Positions 39,157 through 47,820 of a stretch of DNA of 64,000 nt are shown here, piece by piece. A program made the translations under genes and the position numbers. Position 1 is the stretch's first letter; the number at the start of each line of letters is the position of its first letter. The DNA is from Promethearchaeota archaeon (lineage in GTDB: Archaea > Asgardarchaeota > Heimdallarchaeia > Hodarchaeales > Hodarchaeaceae): assembly GCA_048938105.1 (NCBI GenBank), contig JBHLMN010000005.1, positions 119,318 through 183,317 of the forward strand. The letters are read 5' to 3'. The notes under the pieces are model-generated. The model was not told where the DNA came from and ran no database searches. It worked only from the letters and a program-made list of their open reading frames with translations.

Positions 39157-40989
39157 ATGGGTCTCTATAGAGGATTACTCAAAGAAAAACGAGAACGAGA
39201 GTATTCAGATCATGAGCTATTAGCTCGATACACTCATCGAATCGTTCCGTTTAAGAAGAGTATTCTATTAATTTCTCTATTTATACTCATTTCCACAGTA
39301 GCCGATATTATTATCCCCCTTATTGTTGGATTTGCAGTTGAGGAGCTTGTACAACCCGAGAGTGATTTCATTCTATCTTTAGGTGTAGGAGGGATATATC
39401 TCATCTTATCTGCACTAATTTGGATTATGTTTAGCCTACGCCGAAAAGAAATGGGGAATTTTATGCCTTATTTTTTAGAAAAACTTCGTATGGATATTTT
39501 TGATAAGTTACAGGAGCAGGACATGAGTTTTTACGATAAACACTTGAGTGGTAGTCTGAATTCAAGAGTTTCAAATGATGCTTTAGACTTTGGAAATACC
39601 ACTATTCTATTTGCAGACACTATGGGGAATCTTCTTGTAAGCATTTTGACTTTCGGAATTCTTTTCTGGTTGAATCCAACATTAGCTCTGATTACCTTAG
39701 CTGGTGTTCCTTTTCTTTTTCTGTTAATGTTTTCTTTAAGGAAACTAGCTCGAATTGTTAGTCGAGATTATCGAAAATCAATTGGAAATATTAATAATGC
39801 AATGGTAGAATCAATTGAAGGCATTCAAGTGTGTAAAAGCTACGGACAAGAAGCTAGAGTTTCTGAACAATTTCTTGAGACAAACAAAGAATACTTTAGA
39901 ACAGCTTATCGTTTAACTGCAGTAACTCATGTCTGGAGATCTATTCTTGAAACAATTACCGCCATAATACTGGTGATAATTGTATATTTGGGTGGTCAAC
40001 TCATCTCTCAAGGAATATCATCCACAGCGATTATTTTGATGTATATCCTTTATATCCAACGATTTTTTCGTCCGATCATGATTCTTGCTACATTTTTTCC
40101 AGAACTTAGTGCAGGGATGGCTGCATATGAACGTATTTTAGATATTTTAGACTCCAAGCCTAATGTTAAGCAAAACCCAGAACTTCACAATGTCAATGAG
40201 TTAGAAGGAGAGATCGTTTTTGAAAATGTTGACTTTAGTTATAGAAACGATGGTGAATGGGTCTTCAAAGGGTTTAATTTAAGAATAGCTAAGGGAGAAA
40301 AACTCGCAATCGTAGGTCACACAGGAGCGGGAAAATCCAGCTTAATCAACCTTCTAGCTCGATTTTATGAATTTCAAGGGGGAAAAATCTTGATTGATGG
40401 AATTGACATTAGAGAGATGAAGCTGGATTCATATAGACGAAATATCGGGATGGTGCAACAAGATGTGTTCCTTTTTTCTGGGACAATAGAGGAGAATATT
40501 CGCTATGGTAGACGAGATGCATCAGAAGGAGATCTGTGGAACGCTATTCGTGCAGTCCATGCTGATGAACTTATCGAATATTTACAAAATAGTCTTCAAA
40601 CTCAAGTAGGTGAAAGAGGAAGTGGGTTATCAGCTGGTCAAAAACAGCTGATCAGTTTTGCGCGAGCCCTCCTAACAGATCCTAAAATTCTCATACTCGA
40701 TGAAGCCACGTCTTCAGTAGATGCTTATACAGAGGCGATTATTCAAGAGGCCCTTGAGGTACTTTTATCTAATCGAACCTCAATCATTATTGCTCACAGA
40801 CTCTCTACCATATTAAATGCAGATCGAATCATTGTAATGGAAAAGGGGCAAATTATTGAAGAGGGAACACACGAGTCCTTGCTAGTTCAAGGAGGCAAAT
40901 ATGCACAGTTGTATAAACAATACTATGAGCACCAAAGTCTAGATTGGAGGCCAATTAAATTATCTGGTGAAAAGATATCTAATTTATGA
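39157..40989 (+). CDS. ABC exporter, fused TMD-NBD (heterodimer subunit 2)
   Basis: GHTGAGKS, LSAGQKQL, ILDEATS, IAHRLST. Confidence 0.95.
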   Translation: MGLYRGLLKEKREREYSDHELLARYTHRIVPFKKSILLISLFILISTVADIIIPLIVGFAVEELVQPESDFILSLGVGGIYLILSALIWIMFSLRRKEMGNFMPYFLEKLRMDIFDKLQEQDMSFYDKHLSGSLNSRVSNDALDFGNTTILFADTMGNLLVSILTFGILFWLNPTLALITLAGVPFLFLLMFSLRKLARIVSRDYRKSIGNINNAMVESIEGIQVCKSYGQEARVSEQFLETNKEYFRTAYRLTAVTHVWRSILETITAIILVIIVYLGGQLISQGISSTAIILMYILYIQRFFRPIMILATFFPELSAGMAAYERILDILDSKPNVKQNPELHNVNELEGEIVFENVDFSYRNDGEWVFKGFNLRIAKGEKLAIVGHTGAGKSSLINLLARFYEFQGGKILIDGIDIREMKLDSYRRNIGMVQQDVFLFSGTIEENIRYGRRDASEGDLWNAIRAVHADELIEYLQNSLQTQVGERGSGLSAGQKQLISFARALLTDPKILILDEATSSVDAYTEAIIQEALEVLLSNRTSIIIAHRLSTILNADRIIVMEKGQIIEEGTHESLLVQGGKYAQLYKQYYEHQSLDWRPIKLSGEKISNL

Positions 40990-41321
40990 CACTTGTCAGC
41001 TGTTTCACAGAATAAAAGCCAATGTTTCCTTAAAGAAATTCATTTTATCTAATTAAGTCTTTAGACATACAATTCTTCTTATCATTGAGGATAATCTAAT
41101 TTACTCATTATTCATTAGCATCTCTTTTCAAACAATCGGGAAAAGGATAATAATTTTTTTCAAATATAAAATGAACCTCCTCAATCATAACCAATATACT
41201 TCGTTGGAAGCGCGTATATCATTCACTTGAAAAGAAGTCATCTCTTACCCTCCCATATCAATGAGTCCAATACTTGATGTAAAGATTTATTAGATTGAAG
41301 GTTTATAAATATTGATAATAA

Positions 41322-43334
41322 GTGTTTATTTTTAACTGGTGTATGGGAAGAATGCTTATAAATAGAACAGAAATAAAATTCATACTATCCATTTTTATCA
41401 CTTGTTTTATTATTGGAAATTTAGCAATTATGCTATTTTTTGAAACATCAGGTAGCTTGGTGACAAAAAAACCAAGTAAAACCACAAATCAAGATAGCTG
41501 TGATGAGAATCTTGATATCGAATCATCAGGAGTAATTTTTGAGAAAGCAGAGGTTTTTTCAGATGGATTTTTAACCAATGTAACTCTCAATGAAAACAAA
41601 GATCTCTCCTTAGCAGAAGAAATCTCTGAGAATTGGTGGATTGAGGTTACCCTACCTGGGCCTTCTCCTCGTGAAAAATTTGGAATGGCTTATGACCAAG
41701 AAGGTCAGAAAGCAATGTTGTTTGGGGGTGCTGATGCAGGAATAAGAGACGATGAGACATGGGTATATGATTTTCCATCCAATACATGGATTAATATGAG
41801 TCCCTCATCTCACCCGAGTGCGAGAGTCTCTGCTTCTATGTGCTATCATTCCCAAGCGAAAAAATTTGTACTATTTGGAGGTTTTGATGGAAGTAGGAAC
41901 AATGAGACTTGGATCTATGATCTCAACGCGAATAGCTGGACACTAAAGAACCCCTCACTTTCCCCAAGCCCCAGAAGCGGTCACTCAATGGTGTATGATG
42001 CCTACCATGATAAAATAGTTTTGTATGGAGGCAATACTGGGTTATATAATGGCGAAACCTGGGTGTATGATTTAGATACAAATACTTGGAAAGAGAATAA
42101 GCCAGAATTTTCTCCAGCAGGAAGAGAAAGTTCTCCTTTAGTTTATGATAAAAGTAATAAGAAAATATTCCTTTTTGGGGGTTGGACTGGGAGTACAAAC
42201 AGTGAGACTTGGATGTATGATTTAACTACTAATAATTGGACACAATTAAACTCAATAATTGAGCCAAGTGCAAGATTTGCACATAGCTTAACTTACAATT
42301 CGGTCAACAATGCGATTATATTATTTGCTGGGCGAAATGGAACAGCTGCTTTTGATGACACTTGGGTTTATACTTTTAGTGAAAACACATGGACTCCTGT
42401 ATTTCCTAGGAGTAGACCTCTAAAGAGAAGTGGTCATACACTACTATATGATGAGCAATCGAATAAAGCGATCCTATTTGGAGGATCTGCTTCGATTGGT
42501 GTCCCTCTTCTTGGAGACACATGGATTTACCCAGTTAACAAATTTTTTCGATATGGTCAGTTTTCCTCAAAATTAACTTTTTTTGGGGGAATTTATAACG
42601 TCACAGGCAACTTAATATGGAAAATGAAAGAGCAGCCTAAAAATACAACTTGCAGATTTCGGTGTGGTTTATCAAATACCACTAAAGAAGAAGATTTCAT
42701 GTACTCTAAGATTTTTACAGAGCCCTTTTCTATTAAAGGCTTGGGTCGATATTTGAGATATCAAGTCTTTTTTGAATCAGATATCTATCAAATCTGGTCT
42801 CCTCAGCTAGAAAGTGTTTCACTCTATTATGTAGCAGAAAAACCAAAACCTTCAGTAACTATAACACAACCACAAAACAATAGTGTGGTCACAAATATAG
42901 TCTACATCACCGCATCTTCGGAATCTCCTAATGGAATTGAAAAGGTTGGCTTCTATATTGATGGTTTCTTATTAAGTTGGGATTATATTCCACCGTATAG
43001 CTGTGTATGGAATAGTAATCATTCAGAGAACGGGTACATAAATGTCATGGCTGTTTCTTACACTAATCTGGGACGACAAAACGCTGATGTGATTCAGATT
43101 TGTGTTAATAACAGCTTACAAGAGAAAGAAACTATTTTATCAACCCAAAGTTCTAAGTCTATAATCACAAAAACAACAACAAAAGCTTCTATTACCACTA
43201 CTGAAACAACAACGAAAACAGTAACGGAATCAGCAGGAACATTTGCAGAATTATTTTTGATTGTACTTGCTATAAGCGCTTTAACGTTCTTTATGAGAAG
43301 AAGTTTTAGATCCAAAAATTCTCGTCCTTTATAA
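41322..43334 (+). CDS. Cell-surface Kelch-repeat beta-propeller protein with Ig-like domain, Thr-rich linker and C-terminal TM
   Basis: Six PSxR..M/L.YD..LFGG..ETW.YD..N.W repeats; PSVTITQP..GIEKVGFYIDG (Ig-like); TM + RR. Start uncertain. Confidence 0.88.
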   Translation: MFIFNWCMGRMLINRTEIKFILSIFITCFIIGNLAIMLFFETSGSLVTKKPSKTTNQDSCDENLDIESSGVIFEKAEVFSDGFLTNVTLNENKDLSLAEEISENWWIEVTLPGPSPREKFGMAYDQEGQKAMLFGGADAGIRDDETWVYDFPSNTWINMSPSSHPSARVSASMCYHSQAKKFVLFGGFDGSRNNETWIYDLNANSWTLKNPSLSPSPRSGHSMVYDAYHDKIVLYGGNTGLYNGETWVYDLDTNTWKENKPEFSPAGRESSPLVYDKSNKKIFLFGGWTGSTNSETWMYDLTTNNWTQLNSIIEPSARFAHSLTYNSVNNAIILFAGRNGTAAFDDTWVYTFSENTWTPVFPRSRPLKRSGHTLLYDEQSNKAILFGGSASIGVPLLGDTWIYPVNKFFRYGQFSSKLTFFGGIYNVTGNLIWKMKEQPKNTTCRFRCGLSNTTKEEDFMYSKIFTEPFSIKGLGRYLRYQVFFESDIYQIWSPQLESVSLYYVAEKPKPSVTITQPQNNSVVTNIVYITASSESPNGIEKVGFYIDGFLLSWDYIPPYSCVWNSNHSENGYINVMAVSYTNLGRQNADVIQICVNNSLQEKETILSTQSSKSIITKTTTKASITTTETTTKTVTESAGTFAELFLIVLAISALTFFMRRSFRSKNSRPL

Positions 43335-43360
43335 AGCAACTCCGTTAATGGATTTAAAAA

Positions 43361-43576
43361 GCACTTGAAGTACTCCTTAAGAATCAAATATCATTTATTA
43401 TTGCGTACAGGCTTTCAACAATTTCAGATACTTATCGAATCATTGTAATGGAAAAAGGGCAGATTATCGAAGAGGGAACCCATGAGTCCTTGCTTGCTGA
43501 GGGAGGAATGTATAGCCAACTGTATAAGCAATATTATGAACATCAAAGTCTGGACTGGAAATCCATTTCCCTTTAA
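43361..43576 (+). pseudogene. Orphan duplicate of the 3' end of the ABC exporter gene 39157-40989
   Basis: Translates ALEVLLKNQISFIIAYRLSTISDTYRIIVMEKGQIIEEGTHESLLAEGGMYSQLYKQYYEHQSLDWKSISL*, matching ALEVLLSNRTSIIIAHRLSTILNADRIIVMEKGQIIEEGTHESLLVQGGKYAQLYKQYYEHQSLDW encoded from 40750. Confidence 0.9.
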
Positions 43577-43603
43577 TCGTTTTCAAATTGAATTGAGTAA
43601 GTA

Positions 43604-43870
43604 CTAGAATCCTTTTCCAAAAAAAGCTGTCAGATTAAAATACAGATTAACAACACTTTGATCAGTAAGTTGAATTATTATTCGATCATATACTTGCTGT
43701 TTCTCATTCAATAATTCTTGTTTGATTAATTGCCATTCTACTCCTCTTCTGCCGAATTCGTTCTCAATATATCGATATTCCGCGTCTATTCCCTCAAAAT
43801 GATCATCAACGTCAGTTATGATAATAGCATCTTCAATTGATCTTCCTTCATTAGCAGAATAAGTTACCAT
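43604..43870 (-). CDS. Small conserved-looking hypothetical protein
   Basis: 88 aa with AGGAG SD; GRSIEDAIII..AEYRYI..W.LIKQ.L..YD.I..LYFNLTAFFGK. Confidence 0.75.
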   Translation of the reverse strand: MVTYSANEGRSIEDAIIITDVDDHFEGIDAEYRYIENEFGRRGVEWQLIKQELLNEKQQVYDRIIIQLTDQSVVNLYFNLTAFFGKGF

Positions 43871-44072
43871 TCCGTTTGTTCTCCTGATATGTCTCGATAT
43901 AGTTGAGAATCAAAAGAAGCAATATCTTAAATAAAAAGTTTAATAAAATTACAATTCAGAAAACAGCACAATCATTGTGTATTTTTCGAAGTATCCTAGA
44001 ATCAATGTAAATAATGTAGTTTATGAGTTTCAATTTATCAGTACTTGCTAGTTGACAATCTAAGAAGGAAAA

Positions 44073-45455
44073 TTGAACATGGTTAACAAACAGAAGCTTG
44101 TTTCTATCAGTTCCTTTTTAACAATTACTTATTTAGCATTCTTTGGGTTTATATTTTTCTCTTCTAATTCTTTAGGATCTGAGTTAATAAGTGATAACCC
44201 CAATTTGTTTATAAGTGAAGAATATACGGATAATGTTCCAGATGGTATCCTTCTAATCGGTGCAGACAACGTTTGGAATCGAACAGCTGGTTCCCCAGAG
44301 ATAATAGTTGCAGTTCTCGATACTGGACTTGATGCTACTCATTCCGATCTGGTAAATGCTCTTTGGAATAACACAGATGAAATCCCAAATAATGGTATCG
44401 ATGATGATGATAATAACTACATTGATGATTGCCATGGATGGGATTTTGTACGTAATAATAATGATCCATTCAATCTCTCCATTTATGACAATTCCAAATA
44501 TAAATCTAGTTTAAAAAGACATGGGACGCATGTTACCGGTACAATTGCAGCTCGTTTGAATAATTTTGGAGTGGTTGGAGTTGCTCCTAATGTTTCGATC
44601 ATGACTCTAAGAGTCGTGAATGAAAGCGACTGGAACCCTGATATCCTCGTCGCTGAAGCTATTCGCTATGCTACCAATAATGGCGCTCAAATTATTTCTA
44701 TGAGTATTGGTATTTATAATGAAGAGATTACCAATTCAACTTCTTACCAACTCGTTGAGGATGCGTTACAATATGCTTTTTCAATGGGCGTACACATTGT
44801 GGCTTCAGCAGGGAATGATTATCCTGCTCCTGTTATTCGACCTGCAAATAATGACTATGTAATAGCTGTTGGAGCAATTGATTCTATGAAAAAAATTGCA
44901 TCCTTTTCGTGTCAAGGTCCGGAAGTTGAAGTTGTCGCTCCAGGTGTTAATGTTTATTCTACAGTCCCTGGTGACAATTTTGGCTCTTCATCGGGTACTT
45001 CGATGGCGGTACCTCATGTATCAGGAGCTTTGGCGCTTATGATTAGCTATGATCCCAGTTTGACTAATACTGAAGCCCGTATGATTTTACAACAAACAGC
45101 GGAAGATCTGGGTACATCTGGTCGAGATGATGTGTATGGATTTGGATTGATCAATCTTACTCGTGCTATAGAAACCATTGCTGCAATGAAGTATACTTCA
45201 ACATCAACTGAGTCTACAACTTTATCCTCAACAAATTCGGAAACCACACCCATTTTTTCATCTACTTCGGCTACAATTCCCTCATCGACAACAACTTTAG
45301 AAACAAAAACCATGTATAATTCATCTTCAAAAACCACAAATTCTTCTCAAATAAATTCAAAAACAACAGCCATAGATGGCTTTTTATTCTATTTGTTTGT
45401 CCTCCTCGTCCTTCCTCTCACTAGGTTGTATCAACATAGAAGAGAAAGAAACTAA
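44073..45455 (+). CDS. Subtilisin-like (S8) serine protease, C-terminally anchored
   Basis: VLDTG, HGTHVTG, AGN, SGTSMAVPHVSG catalytic motifs; Ser/Thr linker; DGF+TM+RR tail. Confidence 0.95.
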   Translation: MNMVNKQKLVSISSFLTITYLAFFGFIFFSSNSLGSELISDNPNLFISEEYTDNVPDGILLIGADNVWNRTAGSPEIIVAVLDTGLDATHSDLVNALWNNTDEIPNNGIDDDDNNYIDDCHGWDFVRNNNDPFNLSIYDNSKYKSSLKRHGTHVTGTIAARLNNFGVVGVAPNVSIMTLRVVNESDWNPDILVAEAIRYATNNGAQIISMSIGIYNEEITNSTSYQLVEDALQYAFSMGVHIVASAGNDYPAPVIRPANNDYVIAVGAIDSMKKIASFSCQGPEVEVVAPGVNVYSTVPGDNFGSSSGTSMAVPHVSGALALMISYDPSLTNTEARMILQQTAEDLGTSGRDDVYGFGLINLTRAIETIAAMKYTSTSTESTTLSSTNSETTPIFSSTSATIPSSTTTLETKTMYNSSSKTTNSSQINSKTTAIDGFLFYLFVLLVLPLTRLYQHRRERN

Positions 45456-45570
45456 CTTATAACTAGAGTTTAAAGCTAATATCAAACAAATTGATCACCA
45501 ATTAAATTAATTTTGCGATAGTGCTCCAACTGCTTGAGATTATAAGGTGTGACGAGATTAATTGCCTCTT

Positions 45571-46473
45571 TTAGGAAAGTACAATACCATACACTGCTGA
45601 TTTAGGTACTTCATTACTAGGAAGGGGACCATGACCAGCAGCGGCTTTTGAAAGAAGTTTATTCCATCGGTTCCAGTTTGTATTAAAGGTTATTGCATGA
45701 CTTGGGCAGTGAGAGACACAGGAGCCACAATGAATACAGCTTGGACTTCCTTTCGGAATGGTTGGTCTTTTATCAATCATTTCAATCCTTTGAACAGGAC
45801 ATATATTAGAACACTTACTACAATGGATACATTTCTCGAGATTAATCACTTGTTTGGGGTACAGGTAATTCTGCCAAAGTTTTTCCCGAAAAATTGTTTT
45901 TGCTTTAATTCGAACCTTTAGTTTCTGATAACAGAATTCCTTGGAAGCATCCGTAAAGCCCTCACCATTCAGAAGCTTGTGTGATAATTCTTCGATTAAA
46001 GGATCAATTTCTTTTCCAGGCATACCCTCATTTACCTTGACCGAAATCTGTGGTAATTTTGTTAGAGAGTGCTGAGAATTGATTTTCATGCCAGCGATGG
46101 GGATCCGACCAGTTTTTTTCAAAAGATGGCCTGCCTCTTGGAGAGCAACCCCAGAATTTATTCCCCCATAAGTGATGAATGGGATAGCCAATCGCCCCCA
46201 CCCATCACCCGGTGGAGGTAGGGATTTAATGAGATCTTGGACATTGTAATGTAGGTGATGGGCATAAACAGGAGATCCGATACAAAGAACATCATGTTCT
46301 TCAATATGTTGCTTCAAATATTGGCCAAATGTTCTATATCTAAAAACTTCTTTGGTTCGTGTTATATCAACGATTTGGACGAGAATATTATTCTCTAAAA
46401 GATGGCTTTCTAGCATCTTTGCAACTTTCAAAGTATTTCCAGAAGGACTGAATACAATAATAGCAATTTTCAT
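45571..46473 (-). CDS. EFR1-family ferrodoxin (flavodoxin + 2x[4Fe-4S])
   Basis: FSPSGNT, GSPVY, CIHCSKCSNICP, CIHCGSCVSHCP. Start placed at ATG 46473. Confidence 0.9.
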   Translation of the reverse strand: MKIAIIVFSPSGNTLKVAKMLESHLLENNILVQIVDITRTKEVFRYRTFGQYLKQHIEEHDVLCIGSPVYAHHLHYNVQDLIKSLPPPGDGWGRLAIPFITYGGINSGVALQEAGHLLKKTGRIPIAGMKINSQHSLTKLPQISVKVNEGMPGKEIDPLIEELSHKLLNGEGFTDASKEFCYQKLKVRIKAKTIFREKLWQNYLYPKQVINLEKCIHCSKCSNICPVQRIEMIDKRPTIPKGSPSCIHCGSCVSHCPSHAITFNTNWNRWNKLLSKAAAGHGPLPSNEVPKSAVYGIVLS

Positions 46474-46493
46474 GCGCAATTTAACCACTTCAA

Positions 46494-46543
46494 TAGCGAA
46501 CACATGTTCACTATTATATTTATTAGCGAGCGGTTGTTCGTTA
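46494..46543. promoter_or_regulatory. Two putative TetR operators upstream of the ferrodoxin gene
   Basis: TAGCGAAC-ACAT-GTTCACTA (46494-46513) and TAGCGAGC-GGTT-GTTCGTTA (46524-46543). Confidence 0.7.
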
Positions 46544-46659
46544 TTGATATATATAAATATAGTTATGAAGGCAAAACATGTTAGAAAATTAGCTATATTC
46601 TTATTCAAAAAGACAAGTTAAGGATAAGACAAAAAATAAGTGACATAGCTTGAAACTAT

Positions 46660-47265
46660 TCACTTAAAAAATTGAGCCATGCCATGTACATGGTATTTCA
46701 TTAATGCTTCAATGTTATCGTCCACCCATTTGTCATTAATATAGTGTCTAGAGATTTCTAATAATCCTTCTAGCAAATTTCTCGCCAAAATATGGAAGAT
46801 GAAAGTATCTGACACATTCTTAGTCGTTGTGTTATCAATTGTTTGTAAATGCTCAGCAAAATGCTTCTCCATTATTATTACCAATTCTTCCTGGAAATTT
46901 TCGTATTTTGTTCCTTGGCTACCCTCCATAATTAGAAGAAATTCTTTCCGGTGATTCTTTAATAAATCTTTGATTGGTCGTGCAATCAAATTACTAACTT
47001 GCTCAAAAAAGAATTCTCTTCCAATTTCTCTTTCAGTGTGTACAAGATCATTTGTTAAATCTTTTATAATGTTGTAAACTTCATCAGTAATCGAGTAAAA
47101 TAATTTCTCTTTGCAGTCAAAATAATTATATAAATTACTTGTACTAGTCTGCGCATTCTGAGCAATAATCCTCATAGATGCATTTAAGAATCCTTTGGAT
47201 AGAAATTCATCTAGAGCTGCACGTTCTATTTTCTCTTTTATTTGTTTTTTTAAAATCTGAGGCAT
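46660..47265 (-). CDS. TetR/AcrR family regulator
   Basis: EFLSKGFLNASMRIIA..STSNLYNYFDCKEKLF. Confidence 0.93.
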   Translation of the reverse strand: MPQILKKQIKEKIERAALDEFLSKGFLNASMRIIAQNAQTSTSNLYNYFDCKEKLFYSITDEVYNIIKDLTNDLVHTEREIGREFFFEQVSNLIARPIKDLLKNHRKEFLLIMEGSQGTKYENFQEELVIIMEKHFAEHLQTIDNTTTKNVSDTFIFHILARNLLEGLLEISRHYINDKWVDDNIEALMKYHVHGMAQFFK

Positions 47266-47340
47266 TTTAAAACCAAGCCATTGAGAAAAATTCCATTGAG
47301 TCCATGAATTAAATGAATAGTGCGAAATGTATCATTTTAA

Positions 47341-47360
47341 TAACGAACGTTGGTACGTTA
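47341..47360. promoter_or_regulatory. Putative TetR autoregulatory operator
   Basis: TAACGAAC-GTTG-GTACGTTA, same consensus as the two sites at 46494-46543. Confidence 0.7.
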
Positions 47361-47820
47361 ATACAATCTAATAATTGTTTTTCTTGTATCTAAGAGATAT
47401 GTCCATAGGGGATTTTAAGTCCTTTAGTGAAAATTATTATTGCAATAATCTTATTAGTATGAGGGGATGAGGAATCCATTGAATAATGGGTTTTCTAATC
47501 AAGATAAAGGTAAGAAATTTTCCGATCTTGACAGGGAAGAGGAATTTACAATTTATATTGGCCCTGTTGAAAAAATAACTCAAGAAAAGAACATTGGTGA
47601 AAATAGATAAACAAAAATGGGATTAATGATTATTTTATAGATTCGGGTAGATTCTATTCTTTGTAAATACGAGATACAATAATTCAATAATCCGAAGATA
47701 TTATTTAGTTTAATTAATATTGTTTGGATTCTAGCATAATCACTGAAAGGTAAGATAAATTCTCTAGGAGAGTTTAATAACTCTTCGGATCCGTCTCCCT
47801 TTTTTATCAAATTCTTTTGG

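Noticed and set aside
46474-46608. N-terminal extensions in the ORF track (ferrodoxin; likewise 11365, 16339 and 30294 starts)
   Set aside because: Family-typical N-termini, SD positions and operator sites support the downstream ATGs.
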